From an uncultured virus (IMG/VR IMGVR_UViG_2937164673_000001) (taxonomy: Duplodnaviria; Heunggongvirae; Uroviricota; Caudoviricetes), in the IMG/VR virus record IMGVR_UViG_2937164673_000001: 64,000 nucleotides of DNA; one strand, given 5' to 3'. Each line of letters begins with the position of its first letter. Position 1 is the first letter of the stretch. The notes below the pieces were generated by a model. That model made no database searches and was not told the DNA's origin. It worked only from the letters and a program-made list of their open reading frames with translations. Positions 17,736-28,623 of the stretch are shown here, piece by piece. The translations under genes were made by a program, and so were the position numbers.

Positions 17736-19868
17736 ACCTATGCCTCTGCGAATTACATCCGCCCTTCCTGCGCTATACCCACAAAAATCAACTAAGAAAT
17801 TCAAAATCTGCTCCTGATAAACAAGATTTCCAAGGGTTGGAGCTAAGAACTTGTTTAGTGCTGAATGACCATTATCTTTAAATCGTCCATGAGTAACCGC
17901 ATCAACATAACTTGAACCTGCTGGGCGTTGTCCTGCATTAACGAGGCTCAGTAAGTCCATGTATTTAACATCTTTACCCGCTTCGTTAGAGTGAATATTT
18001 CGAATAGTTTCTGAAGATAACATATCACGCAGTAATTTACCTGCACGATCTCCTTCCATTTGGAATACACCAATGTTGTTTTCTCTCATTGAATTCCATA
18101 CGGCTTCGTCTTCAAAATCAATAAAATCACTATCTGGTGTGGGGAATGGAATCCCTGCTAATTCAGCGGTACGTGAGATTAGCCCTATATTATCTAGTCC
18201 TAACACGTCATACTTAATATTCTTTAAATATTCGATTTCTCCCATGTCTATCTGGGTTACTGGATAATCCCAGCCAGAAATAGTCTGTATTCCAAGCGTA
18301 TCGTCAATGGTATTTGTATCAATAATTATACCTGCGGCATGGCGCCCAAACGAATCGATTACACCAACTACCTTTTTAGCGTCATCAATCAATTGTTGAT
18401 GTTCTTCATACACTTCGGTTGGGACAACACCATCATCACCAATCTGATTGCGAATCGATTGAATATATGCTGGTTTACCAGCATAACGATCCATACCATC
18501 CGCGACTGCTTTAATGGCAGCTTTTAGTCCATAGGTGTTAGCGGTCATAATTGACGCGGCGTGCCATTTAGGATTAGTTAGAATCCATTGTTGCACCCAC
18601 TTTTGGTCCTTGCTAAATGCGTCTACATCAATATCGGGAAGGCTAACACGTTCTGGGTTCATAAATCGTTCAAAATTCAATCCCAATTTTAGTGAATCCA
18701 TCTCTGTTTGACCACATAGATAGGCAATCAAAGATCCACCAACACTACCACGTCCAGGGCCAAAATGAATACCATGCTCTTTAGCCGCATTGATAATATC
18801 TTGGTGTGATAACATGTAATCAATCGCACCATTATGCTTATAGACACTATATTCATGATTAACACGATTAATATACGCTTGGCGTTCATCTGTAGGGAGC
18901 TTATCTATACCTCGTTTTAGTAGTCCGTTTTTAATTCTTTTTTGAAATTCTTGTTCTGGATTATCATATAATTGAGGATACTTAGGATTTCTGTCTAATT
19001 CGAAATTCTCAACGGAATTAGCAATATCAACAGTGGCGTCCAATGCCTTTTGGATGCTCTCTTGTGTTAATACTCCCTGTTTGTTGAATTCATCAACCAT
19101 CTCAGAACGAGTCTTACACCACAACTCGAATTGGTCATCATTGTCATAACCATTTCGCTTGCCCTTCTTAATAATCTTGCGCAAACGATCATGGTCCTGA
19201 TCCAAAGCATGAATGTCGTTAGAGGCAATAAGTTGTAGATTATACTGATTAGCATAATCTTGTAAAACACTGTTTAATTCTGCTTGTTCCACGTTGTCAT
19301 GAGGTTGGACCTCAAGATAGACATTATCACGATTATTTCGAGCTAAGTCTATCCATTGTTGTAACACATTATTACGATTTCTTTTCTCTTCATCGCTCAC
19401 GTCAGAAGAAACTAGGTTTTGAGCAATTGGTCCAGCAAGACAAGCAGTTGTTATAATAATATTTCCGTTTGAGACAACTCGTTGAAGCTCTTCAAAAGTG
19501 ATTCTTCCGTGGTAATAAAAGTGTCCATCTTCACGATTAAATGACTTTGAAGACAGTCGATTAATCTCCTTAACGCCATCATAATTTTTGGCAATCAAAA
19601 TAGTATGATATCCACGATTTTTATCTTCTAAATCCATCGTAGTATAGCCTTCCATGCCATGAATGTACTTTAACCCTGTTGATTCAATGTCTCGTTTCCT
19701 TTGAACCCATCCGCTGATATTTCCGTGATTGGTAATACATACCGCTGGTAAATTATATTTCTTTGCATATTTGATATAATCCTTAGTACTCGTCACAATT
19801 TCAAAATACCCACCAGCATTCGAAAAATAATCGTGTTGATGTAATGATATCCAATAATTGTAGCTCAT
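17736..19868 (-). CDS. dnaE: DNA polymerase III alpha (DnaE), exon 1 (PHP and palm)
   Basis: LHQHDYFS, ITNHG, GPGRGSVGGS, FERFMNPER, PDIDVD, HAAG, KYDVLGL and VYQEQ. Confidence 0.95.
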
Positions 19869-19916
19869 TTAATTACCCCTTAACTTATGCCGCAATCTTA
19901 TTATTCGTGTGTTCTT

Positions 19917-21107
19917 CTAAGCAAATAACTCTTTCATAAGGGTCTTGTCATTTCGTTCCTTATTGTCAGATTTAAATAAATCCAGAATATTATTACCCTT
20001 ATCTTCAATCTTAAATTCTGACTGTGGTTTACCAATTAACGTCTTCTCTTGTTCCAAGAACTTAGCAGAAGTGTGATATGCACATAATTTTTTATCATAA
20101 TAATCATCTGGATTATAATGATGATTTACATCGGCAAAACTATCTTGCGCATCTGGTGATAATTGTTCTAACTCAATGATTTCATCACATTGTTTTTCAA
20201 TCTTTTCCAATAAAGCATTGCAGTCTTTTTCATTAATATCTAACTCAATGTAATAGTTAGTCACATAAAATTGGTCTTGAACCTCTTTGGGAAGGTTGTC
20301 CATATTATTTGCAAGTGAAGCAATTTGAATCAATTTTCTTGCTTCTTCTTTATCTATACCTAATTTCTTTAACTTGGTCTCCAATTTCTTTTGCATTTTT
20401 AAAACCCAAATTGAACGTTCTTGCACACTAGTATTCCACTTACCATTTTCTTGCCTATAATGGACAGTTACATATTTCATCATGTCAAAGCGTGCCTTGA
20501 TTTTTTCATACGGAATATTCTCCTGTTGATGAATACCAATGGAATATAGCATTAATTGCATAGACTTTTCTGGCAGCTTTGATTTCGAGAAGCTAGATTT
20601 ACTAGAAGACTTATAATCTACTAAGACTACATTACCTTCTTTGTCGATGTATTCAGTATCAATATATCCGACAAATACATAATGAGGCTTTTCTTTTGTC
20701 CCACCAACTTTAGTCATAACTGGTAATTCTGTGTGAAATTTACTTCCTTCCGGAATATTTGTATGAGTAAAGTAGTGACCGAGATTTCCAATATAACCTT
20801 GTTTAATCTTCTCAGTATCAAATCTTAATCCATCGGGGTCATTCTCCCAACGTTTTACGAAGTTGTCCCATAAAGATTTAGCTGAAGTTAAATCAAATTC
20901 TTTTTTAGTCAGTCCTTCAGTAATGTCATGGACTTCACTACCAAAAATCGTGTAAACATTATCTGTTCGTGGTACATCATGACGAAGGTATAGATGCACA
21001 TATTCCTGAATGCAATTGTGAAATGTTTGAAGGCGTGAGAAGCTCCAAATTCTATCTACCCCGTATTTCTTTTCCAAGGCTTTTCTTTGTTCTTTATTTA
21101 ATCTCAA
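19917..21107 (-). CDS. PD-(D/E)XK RecB/Cas4-like exonuclease
   Basis: SFSRL, FGSEVH, GYIDT...LVDYKS and QLMLY. Confidence 0.8.
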   Translation of the reverse strand: MRLNKEQRKALEKKYGVDRIWSFSRLQTFHNCIQEYVHLYLRHDVPRTDNVYTIFGSEVHDITEGLTKKEFDLTSAKSLWDNFVKRWENDPDGLRFDTEKIKQGYIGNLGHYFTHTNIPEGSKFHTELPVMTKVGGTKEKPHYVFVGYIDTEYIDKEGNVVLVDYKSSSKSSFSKSKLPEKSMQLMLYSIGIHQQENIPYEKIKARFDMMKYVTVHYRQENGKWNTSVQERSIWVLKMQKKLETKLKKLGIDKEEARKLIQIASLANNMDNLPKEVQDQFYVTNYYIELDINEKDCNALLEKIEKQCDEIIELEQLSPDAQDSFADVNHHYNPDDYYDKKLCAYHTSAKFLEQEKTLIGKPQSEFKIEDKGNNILDLFKSDNKERNDKTLMKELFA

Positions 21108-22153
21108 TTAACAACTTTCCTCCATTTCAATAAGTGATCCCAAATCACTTTACCCTTATCTATTGGCGAGTCTTTTTCGCCCAAAATATTGTAACTATCA
21201 AATATATAACTTGTTTTGCGGAACGGAGAGAACTTCTTAGCTTGACTCAAAATATATTCTTCTCCCTCTTGTTCCTTAGTCATTACGTCATGATCAAATG
21301 CAATAATTACTTCCCCATCGACAGGTAACTTGCGTAAAACAAAATCAACTTGCTGTTCGCTGATTGAGTGTCCACCCAAGGCAACTGATACCCCATCTCC
21401 TCGGCTCAAAGTAAACTCCTTTAATACTGACTTTTCAGCCTCAAATAAGATTATCCGTTTATGATCATTAATATTTTGACAAGACTGATTATATCCATAC
21501 AGATTTAATAGCTTGTAATAATCCTTAATGTAATTCAGATACTTTGGTGTCCCTGTTAATTCAAGTTCGGCTTTAGACATAGTTGATCGCCCTTGAATAC
21601 CCACAACTTTGTCAAATTCATTCCAGTCATAATGTGGGAAAACAACTCGATCTAAGTGTGGATCGTACATAACATCAAAACGCCTAGCAATATCCGGGGA
21701 AATCCCCTCTTCAATTACCGATGCATGAATTCCGTTGACAAATTTATTTAAAACCCCTTTGTCGTATAACTTATTATTTGTTATCCGACGATGTTGAGTA
21801 TTAGATTTTTTCGACAACTTCTTTAAAGTCGCCAATGGATCAAATGAGTTGGCAACATGATTGCTAGACAGTCCCAATAAGCTATGGATATAACTCATCA
21901 CTTCATAAAATTGCTTTTCAAGAACAACGCCTAGGGCTCCAAAGATATCCCCGGAATACCCCAATTCAAATAGCGATGTATTTAATGAATTATTTAGTTT
22001 AATCATGACACCCGTAGGATTAGTGTAGTTAGGCAAGGCGCACCTAATTTCTTCGGCTCGCTCCCGGAAATCATGAAATCCAGCATTGCGTAAAATTATG
22101 TAAAGTCTTTCTATATCAGCTAGTATGTATTCCTTTAATTCCTTTGCCTGCAA
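21104..22153 (-). CDS. DNA primase (TOPRIM)
   Basis: RVVFP, GIQGR, PKYLN, LFEAEKS, ALGG and AFDHD; TTG start at 22153. Confidence 0.85.
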   Translation of the reverse strand: MQAKELKEYILADIERLYIILRNAGFHDFRERAEEIRCALPNYTNPTGVMIKLNNSLNTSLFELGYSGDIFGALGVVLEKQFYEVMSYIHSLLGLSSNHVANSFDPLATLKKLSKKSNTQHRRITNNKLYDKGVLNKFVNGIHASVIEEGISPDIARRFDVMYDPHLDRVVFPHYDWNEFDKVVGIQGRSTMSKAELELTGTPKYLNYIKDYYKLLNLYGYNQSCQNINDHKRIILFEAEKSVLKEFTLSRGDGVSVALGGHSISEQQVDFVLRKLPVDGEVIIAFDHDVMTKEQEGEEYILSQAKKFSPFRKTSYIFDSYNILGEKDSPIDKGKVIWDHLLKWRKVVN

Positions 22154-22203
22154 GCTTCTAACCCCTTTCACTTGCGTTACTATATCAAAAACGGCATAGG
22201 CGA

Positions 22204-22229
22204 GTCACAGAATTGCATCTGTTGGTAAC
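22204..22229 (-). promoter_or_regulatory. Repeated 26-bp operator-like element, copy 2 (primase/DnaE operon promoter)
   Basis: GTCACAGAATTGCATCTGTTGGTAAC; on the minus strand GTGACT-18-TATAGT with TG extension. Confidence 0.7.
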
Positions 22230-22253
22230 AATTTTTTGTTTAATTTTTCAAGC

Positions 22254-22288
22254 AAAAAAACGCCCAGAATTTCTTCTGAGCGTTTTAT
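22254..22288 (-). terminator. Intrinsic terminator
   Basis: AAAACGCTCAGAA / TTCTGGGCGTTTTTTT. Confidence 0.75.
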
Positions 22289-22292
22289 AAAA

Positions 22293-22439
22293 CTAAGATT
22301 TTATCCATCTAATAATTCTCGACATGATAATGAAGGCGGAAAGCAGTGATATATCAGCATAATATGCAATATAGAACATTATAATTACGTATCCTACTAC
22401 AAAAAGATATGTTGTTATATTCTTAAATAAAAAATTAAT
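22293..22439 (-). CDS. Putative 48-aa hydrophobic peptide with ATT start
   Basis: AAGGAGA RBS, ATT start, MNFLFKNITTYLFVVGY...IIRWIKS; sits between two terminators. Confidence 0.45.
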   Translation of the reverse strand: MNFLFKNITTYLFVVGYVIIMFYIAYYADISLLSAFIIMSRIIRWIKS

Positions 22440-22550
22440 TGTGTTTATTCTCCTTTTAATTTTATTGATCACTTCGTACGTACATAATGATTATGCATAT
22501 ATGTTATCACGGGACGTCTCAGAAACCTTGATTTCGCTAAAAAAACATCA

Positions 22551-22580
22551 AAATAAAAAGCCTCCCAAAGGAAGACTTTT
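22551..22580 (-). terminator. Terminator after the endolysin
   Basis: AAAAGTCTTCC / GGAGGCTTTT followed by a T-rich tail. Confidence 0.75.
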
Positions 22581-22612
22581 GGTTTATAAAACCCGTGTTT
22601 TACAAAAATATG

Positions 22613-23914
22613 TTATGCGGCAATTCTTTGGCCAACCCAAATGTAGTTAGCGTTCTTAATACCGTTGACCACTTGCAAGTGAGATACAGACGTATTCATC
22701 TGTGCTGCAATTCCCGAAAGCGTTTCACCCCAGCGAACATAATGAACCTTTTGAGTTGTTTGTGCGTTACCACTCACCTTTAAGCGTTGCCCTGGGTGAA
22801 TAACTGAGTTAATGCTTAATCCATTATTAGCAGCAAGAGTATACATATTCATTCCATACTTATTCGCAATGGACCAGAATGAGTCGCCCCAGCGTACCGT
22901 GTAGTATTGAGCATTATTTGCTGGTTGCGCTGGCTTTGGCTGTGCAGGGGTAGTGTTAACCTTGCTTGAAACAGATTGACCTTCTCCCTTATCAGCAACA
23001 CGAATAACTTGACCTGGGTGAATTACATCATTGATGGTCTTACCATTCAATTGCGCTAATGCATTCATTTCCATTCCGTAGCGGTTTGCTATTGCCCACC
23101 AACTATCACCTGATTTGACAGTGTAGTTATGAGTATCCTTATGAATTTGCTTACCTTGTTCAGTTGCCGGAGTGTCAGTCTTTGGCTTTTGTGCATTGCC
23201 ATTAGTGTAACCATTATCGGTAATACCAGTAAGGTCTACATTACCATCCAATCCACCAGCTATATATGTGCTCGTAAATTGAAACATTCCGATATTGTCC
23301 CATGAAGGAAAATAATTGTAGTTAGGATAACGACGCACGGAGTAATCTGGGTATTGTGCCATCCAGAGTGGGTACCTGTCAGAAATAGCCTTTAAATTGG
23401 TATTATTTTGTAGGTAGTTCTTATACCCATAAACAACCGCCGTAAAGCCTGCACGTTCTATTTTTTCGCAGGCGTATAAGATTACCTGGGTATTTTGTCC
23501 ACCAGATTCAACGTCAAGGGCAACAATCGAACCAGGGTTCCCGTTAGAAGCTTTTGGAGTTTGAATTTTAGGCAAGAAATAATCTAGCACCCGATCGGCT
23601 TGCTGTGTAGTAGTAACGTTTTGCCACCAAATATACGTGTGTGCTCGTTGCCCACGCGCAATCGCAGTCGATGTCTGCGTTGGATATGTCCATTGATCAT
23701 ATAGGTTCCAACCAGTTGTAGTTCCACCAATCTGATTGATTACAAATTTCTCGTCTCCATATCCCTGCTTTCCATAAGCCCCTTGGTAAACCGACTGATC
23801 AATTCCGCGATCCCCCTTAGCCGCATACGCAGTAGTAGCGTTCCCAAAAATTGGTGCAAATACGGTAATTACACCTGCTAAAACAACTAGTTTTTTTAGA
23901 AATTTATTAAACAA
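22613..23914 (-). CDS. Signal-peptide endolysin: GH25-like muramidase with three LysM domains
   Basis: Sec-type leader (AYA-AK), GIDQSVYQG, ALDVE, LWMAQY, QFTS, LDGNVD and three LysM repeats. Confidence 0.92.
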   Translation of the reverse strand: MFNKFLKKLVVLAGVITVFAPIFGNATTAYAAKGDRGIDQSVYQGAYGKQGYGDEKFVINQIGGTTTGWNLYDQWTYPTQTSTAIARGQRAHTYIWWQNVTTTQQADRVLDYFLPKIQTPKASNGNPGSIVALDVESGGQNTQVILYACEKIERAGFTAVVYGYKNYLQNNTNLKAISDRYPLWMAQYPDYSVRRYPNYNYFPSWDNIGMFQFTSTYIAGGLDGNVDLTGITDNGYTNGNAQKPKTDTPATEQGKQIHKDTHNYTVKSGDSWWAIANRYGMEMNALAQLNGKTINDVIHPGQVIRVADKGEGQSVSSKVNTTPAQPKPAQPANNAQYYTVRWGDSFWSIANKYGMNMYTLAANNGLSINSVIHPGQRLKVSGNAQTTQKVHYVRWGETLSGIAAQMNTSVSHLQVVNGIKNANYIWVGQRIAA

Positions 23915-23973
23915 ATTAATTTCCCTCTCTTTGAAAAGTAATTTGCCTCCTTAATAAATTTCCTCCTTAAAAT

Positions 23974-25266
23974 TTAGTTTTTCTTTAGATAATAATTTAT
24001 ATATTGTTAAGTAAGAATCAATATAATTTTGAACGACAATACCCTATAGTTGTAGATGGCAGGCGTTTATATGTCGACTTCATCGTAAGGTTAAAAGATA
24101 TAAGCTACGCAATAGAATACGATGGTGAACAGCACTATGTTCCAGTCAAACACTTTGGTGGGAAAAGCGCTTACGAGTCTCTATGTTTACGTGATAACTT
24201 AAAAGATAATTGGTGTTGTCAAAATGATTATAAACTAATTCGAATACCATATACAAAGAGTTCGTCCCAAGAAATTTACCATGAATTAAAGAAGTATTTC
24301 CCAAACCTGAAATATGACGAAGCCTGGAATTTTATGAGCATAGATAAATGCGAGATTGCAAAGTACGCAGTAACACATAAATCAAATAAGGCAACGCAAG
24401 AGAGGTATGGTTTATCTGAGACAACCGTCACAAAAATAGTCAAAGAGATTTATGGTGATGATATGAACCTGTGTACATATACTAGAGATCATGTTAATTC
24501 AACAGAAGTAGTCAATTTCTATCTAGTCCATAGCATTGATGAAACCTGCCAAAGGTTTGGTATTAAAAGACACTTGGTATATGAATTCACAAAAAAAGAA
24601 TTGGGGTGCAATAAAAATTATTCTTTCACCATTACTATTTGTATTACGACATACAGGACATTTAATTCTTTCACGTGAGTCTTTATGAGTAAACTGTAGA
24701 TAGCTCATCGCGAAGATTGTTCCACATTTATGACGAAAATACAATTTGCTTTTTTGATTATGATACTCTCCCCAAAACCACTCATACTCTCCTTTCCCTA
24801 CAATTGTAATACTACTAACAACGGAGTCTATATTCTTTCTTTGGCGTTCTGATTGCCTTATATCTCTGCACTTAGCACAACCCTTTCCGGCCAAAAGGTT
24901 ACATGGTGAAATTAAGAATTCACCATGTTCAAGACAGCTAACTCTTATTTTGGTAAAAGAATTTATATATTCTTGGTCTGGTATTGAATATTCTATTCCC
25001 CTGTCTTTACATTTATTACGTAATTCATCTAATGTACCCCTATGATAACTATGCTCATCTTCTCCAAAATGACAATTTGGACATAGTTTTCTACTGTTTC
25101 TTCTTAAATGGTTATACGATCTTTCCCACTCGTGCCCACAATATATACATTTAATCCAGACGTATCTTCTTCCATTGCGAATATGCGTATTCAAAAGTTT
25201 TACTTGTCCATTAAATTTTTTTTGCACATATTTTTTGATGTCTTCTACGGTTAATTTCTTGCCCAT
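23974..25266 (-). pseudogene. Zn-ribbon plus Vsr/DUF559-like endonuclease gene split by an internal inversion
   Basis: N-half on minus (CxxC repeats, ...CPVCRNTNSNGERII); C-half on plus (FERQY, VDF, IEYDGEQHY, KLIRIPY). Flipping 23991-24622 gives one 430-aa ORF. Confidence 0.85.
23991..24622. repeat. Inverted segment bounded by AATAATTT (23991-23998) / AAATTATT (24615-24622)
   Basis: 8-bp inverted repeat exactly at both reading-frame breakpoints. Confidence 0.85.
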
Positions 25267-25371
25267 CTTTCCTCCTTAAGTTGCATATACTAATATGATC
25301 AGTATATCACGTGCGCTCGATATAAAGCGCTTACATTTTATGCCGTAATACAAAGTTTATTCAGTTGTTAG

Positions 25372-26058
25372 TTATTTTACATACGTAATACGTAATTTAG
25401 GAGCCTTCCACCCTTGGTTCGTTCCAGCAAAAACAATATATTGCCAAAGGGAAGCATTTTCACCATTAGTGGTAATTCCAGAAATTAAGTTATCTCTCAA
25501 ATTATCACCCACCCAATTTGGTAAAACGATCCATTGACTCGTGTTACGCCCATAGAAACGAGCCCTGGCAACACCATGATTCACTTCCTGGAACACATCG
25601 CTCCAGCCACCACGGAAGTTGTGTGTGCCGACGACACATTCTCCACCGTTGTAATAGGCGCTATGAACCGCGAACAAAAATAGTTCAATCTTTTCAATCT
25701 TTGCCCCTGCTAATCGATTTCTTATGTCCTGATCGTTAAAATAAATCATTCCATGCTGACCATTGTTATTAAAACTGTCGTGGTATGGTCTATAGTTACC
25801 CTGTAAAGGATGATTTGGTGCCCACAAAGAATTAAAGTGATTATGTGATACGTTCCCGTGATCGGAACCCCAATATCCACCTGAATTTACAGCATTGAAT
25901 ACGTCTACATGTCTTTCCTCAAGTAGGTTCAAATAATTATGACCGTCCCAAATCCGAGCTCTTGGAGGCATGAAATCCCGTCCATTAGACACACGAACAT
26001 TTCCGCCACCAAGTTTAATCCATTCCCCATTAGCAGCTTTATATTTCACAAATGGCAT
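25372..26058 (-). CDS. Tail fibre-associated / receptor-binding-like protein
   Basis: Follows the fibre gene; LAGAKIEKIELFL...PKLRITY beta-sandwich-type C-terminus. Confidence 0.55.
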   Translation of the reverse strand: MPFVKYKAANGEWIKLGGGNVRVSNGRDFMPPRARIWDGHNYLNLLEERHVDVFNAVNSGGYWGSDHGNVSHNHFNSLWAPNHPLQGNYRPYHDSFNNNGQHGMIYFNDQDIRNRLAGAKIEKIELFLFAVHSAYYNGGECVVGTHNFRGGWSDVFQEVNHGVARARFYGRNTSQWIVLPNWVGDNLRDNLISGITTNGENASLWQYIVFAGTNQGWKAPKLRITYVK

Positions 26059-26071
26059 TCCCAATCACCTC

Positions 26072-27427
26072 CTAAATACCAATCCAGACAGATCCAACTG
26101 GTACGTCACCGGTTGGCTGTTCATCTTGTAAGAATAATCTTCTATTATGGTCACCGATGTAAGGAGAATGATTCAACTTAACTGCTTCATGATTGGTTCC
26201 GACGGCAAATTGAGCAACGACTTCAGAAGTATTCCAATTCCCAACTGCTAAAGAACCTTGATCCCAAGTTGGCTTAAAGAATCCTACCCCTTTATCAAAG
26301 TTTCCAGTCTTTTCATCATATGTCTGGAAATTGAGTTGAGGTTCGTTAGCCCTAATCCAATGACCGCCTCCATATTGGACAAAATTTCGATCTTGGTTAA
26401 AGGTAAATGGTGGTAATTTATACTCTTTGCCACCTGTTTGAATATGAACATCACCAATATCGGTTGCAACAACTTTAGCAGTCCAGTTATTATTCTTATC
26501 AAAAACCAATCCTGTTTCTGTATTTTCGCCATCTTTGATATTGAAATGAATGTTCCGTTTATCCATGCGAAGACCACTATATTTAGTATCATCGCTATTC
26601 GTCTTTAAGAAGCCAGAGCTGTCAATCCCATCAAGCTTATCGGCGTCAAGTCCAGATCCACTACCTACATTAGCTTCTGTAAATATCTTTTTACCATTAA
26701 AAGTAGGATTTTCATTACCCCAAAAATGTAAATTAGTATCTGCATCGCCAATATGGATATTATTGTTATCGTCAATAGAAGCTAAATTGTAGTCATGGCC
26801 ATTCTTACCTCGAAGTTTGTATTTCGCTCCAAACTTAATTGAAAGATCACCATTAACCGTATCTCCCCACTTGAACAAATATCTATTGTCACTATCTTTT
26901 TTTAAGCTTTCCAACCCACTTTGTGAGTTGTCAGATACATTATTTATTTTGAAATTTAACTCATTAATTGCCCCAGTCATATTCTTTGAATCTGTTTGGA
27001 GTTTTGAAATATCACCAAGAATATTGTTAATATTCGTAATGGTATTTCGCAAATCAACACCGCCAGATCCCCATCCAGACTGATTACTTCGTGAGACAGT
27101 ATTTTCTAAAATTACTCCGTTAGGACTTATTACTTTATAGAAAGTCAATTCTGGATTGTTCTGATCACCAATTGATGTAACTGTCAGAATAGATTCCTTA
27201 TCTCCTGGAATGTTTCCGGGCAAACCTCCTACTCCTTTAATTCGGTACACCCCAGTATGTTTTATGTCTCTATAATCACCGCTTGTGATTAGCTTTCCCT
27301 CAAAGCCTAATTCTCTAAAAGTTCCAATTTCATTATTATTTGAATCTAGGACTCTAAGAGCCTTGTCGTCCGTTACGAAATGATATTCATCATCTGCAAC
27401 TAAATATTTTGCTCTTTTTACAGCCAT
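26072..27427 (-). CDS. Tail fibre protein
   Basis: LQTDSKNMTGAINEL, GSGSGLDADKLDGIDSSGF and C-terminal QPTGDVPVGSVWI. Confidence 0.8.
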   Translation of the reverse strand: MAVKRAKYLVADDEYHFVTDDKALRVLDSNNNEIGTFRELGFEGKLITSGDYRDIKHTGVYRIKGVGGLPGNIPGDKESILTVTSIGDQNNPELTFYKVISPNGVILENTVSRSNQSGWGSGGVDLRNTITNINNILGDISKLQTDSKNMTGAINELNFKINNVSDNSQSGLESLKKDSDNRYLFKWGDTVNGDLSIKFGAKYKLRGKNGHDYNLASIDDNNNIHIGDADTNLHFWGNENPTFNGKKIFTEANVGSGSGLDADKLDGIDSSGFLKTNSDDTKYSGLRMDKRNIHFNIKDGENTETGLVFDKNNNWTAKVVATDIGDVHIQTGGKEYKLPPFTFNQDRNFVQYGGGHWIRANEPQLNFQTYDEKTGNFDKGVGFFKPTWDQGSLAVGNWNTSEVVAQFAVGTNHEAVKLNHSPYIGDHNRRLFLQDEQPTGDVPVGSVWIGI

Positions 27428-27441
27428 TTAATACCCTCTCT

Positions 27442-27831
27442 CTACTCTAGCGTTAATGTATTATCGGTTAAATTTCCACTATCATCTGCAAATTTAGTAA
27501 CGCCACCAGTTAACTTATCTTTATCTTCATCGTTAACAACCAATGTTTTCTTTCTTATTGATCCAGAAGATCCAGTGACAATTAGCTCAGCACCATTCCC
27601 ATACATATCGCAAACTTGAACTATATCGTCTTTGCTTACCCAATCATGCAAATGTTCTGGCAAAGTACATGTTTTTTCGGTATCATTCACTCTGACAATA
27701 CATTTATATCCAGCAGGATCTTCCACCACGACACCTGTTTGAAACTGTGGCCCTGAATTACGTTGTGCTTCATGCTGAGCTATTGTTCGCATGGCTTCTA
27801 ATAATCCTTTTTGTTGTTCGCTAACTTCCAT
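27442..27831 (-). CDS. Baseplate/spike-like small protein
   Basis: OB-fold-like TGVVVE...DDIVQV; position in the tail module. Confidence 0.5.
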   Translation of the reverse strand: MEVSEQQKGLLEAMRTIAQHEAQRNSGPQFQTGVVVEDPAGYKCIVRVNDTEKTCTLPEHLHDWVSKDDIVQVCDMYGNGAELIVTGSSGSIRKKTLVVNDEDKDKLTGGVTKFADDSGNLTDNTLTLE

Positions 27832-27841
27832 TCTTCCACCC

Positions 27842-28576
27842 CTAATCAACTATTTGAATTCGATGAATATCTGGATGAAATTTATAGTTAGCATATTCTT
27901 TAGGAACAACAATTAAATTATGATATGGGAACCAATAATCACTTGCAGCACCTATAGTTGGCTTTTGACCTTGATTATCTTTTTTAGTAATAAACACTAA
28001 ATCTAACGGGCGCCAACTTTGACCTTCACGAACGGACACGGCATCACCAGCCTTATAGCTAGTAGCTCCATTCCATTCACCCTTAAAAATAGCATTTAAT
28101 CCTATATCACCCTTGTCACCCTTACTAGATGCTCTTCTATAATGATCGGAATCATTATCTGGTGTATGTTGCCTATCCGCTACCACATCTTTTGTAACAA
28201 TATATAGCGCACCTTGATATGTTATAAGATTATGTTTCTTAAACTTCTTCGTTGCGTCCCATTCACCTACATAATCAAAATCGTTAACGTAGGTATCCCA
28301 TTCTTTCTGCTTTTCAAGAATATACTTTCTTACATTCCCATCAAAGAATGTCTCAATTTCTACAATTGCGTCCTGAAGTTTATTCATGGTTTCAGGCGTA
28401 ATCATATAATCTTGTAGTTGGGCACTTAATGCGGAAATTTGGTTTTGTTCATCATTTGTTAGTGTTGTCTTTTGTTTTAATCTCTGCAATTCTAGTGCAT
28501 TTGCAACTTGATTTGCCGGAAGATCAAATAATTCTCTAAATACATCTATCTTTTGCGGAAAAGTAGATCTCGACAT
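27842..28576 (-). CDS. Tail/baseplate protein with two GEW...Y repeats
   Basis: STFPQKID start, MNKLQDAI, two GEW-x5-(F/Y)K repeats and a short GDKGD. Confidence 0.6.
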   Translation of the reverse strand: MSRSTFPQKIDVFRELFDLPANQVANALELQRLKQKTTLTNDEQNQISALSAQLQDYMITPETMNKLQDAIVEIETFFDGNVRKYILEKQKEWDTYVNDFDYVGEWDATKKFKKHNLITYQGALYIVTKDVVADRQHTPDNDSDHYRRASSKGDKGDIGLNAIFKGEWNGATSYKAGDAVSVREGQSWRPLDLVFITKKDNQGQKPTIGAASDYWFPYHNLIVVPKEYANYKFHPDIHRIQIVD

Positions 28577-28623
28577 TTAATACAACTTCCTCTCATATGT
28601 ATTAATGTCCTCCTCAATAAAAT

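Noticed and set aside
15207..19868. dnaE as a pseudogene, naturally split gene or intein-containing gene
   Set aside because: Group I intron elements and an exact in-frame splice explain the split; the terminal KFVAC of the upstream ORF is intron sequence
19917..21107. Cas4 / CRISPR association
   Set aside because: No repeat-spacer array or other cas genes seen; it fits a phage replication exonuclease
24004..24678. Independent plus-strand endonuclease gene
   Set aside because: No RBS; it is the inverted C-half of the 25266 gene
25325..25338. cre-like TGTAAGCGCTTTAT (minus) upstream of the split endonuclease
   Set aside because: Lacks the terminal CA and occurs once; could be chance
25372..27427. 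DGR or shufflon acting on the fibre genes
   Set aside because: No reverse transcriptase, TR/VR pair or alternative C-terminal cassettes found in the window
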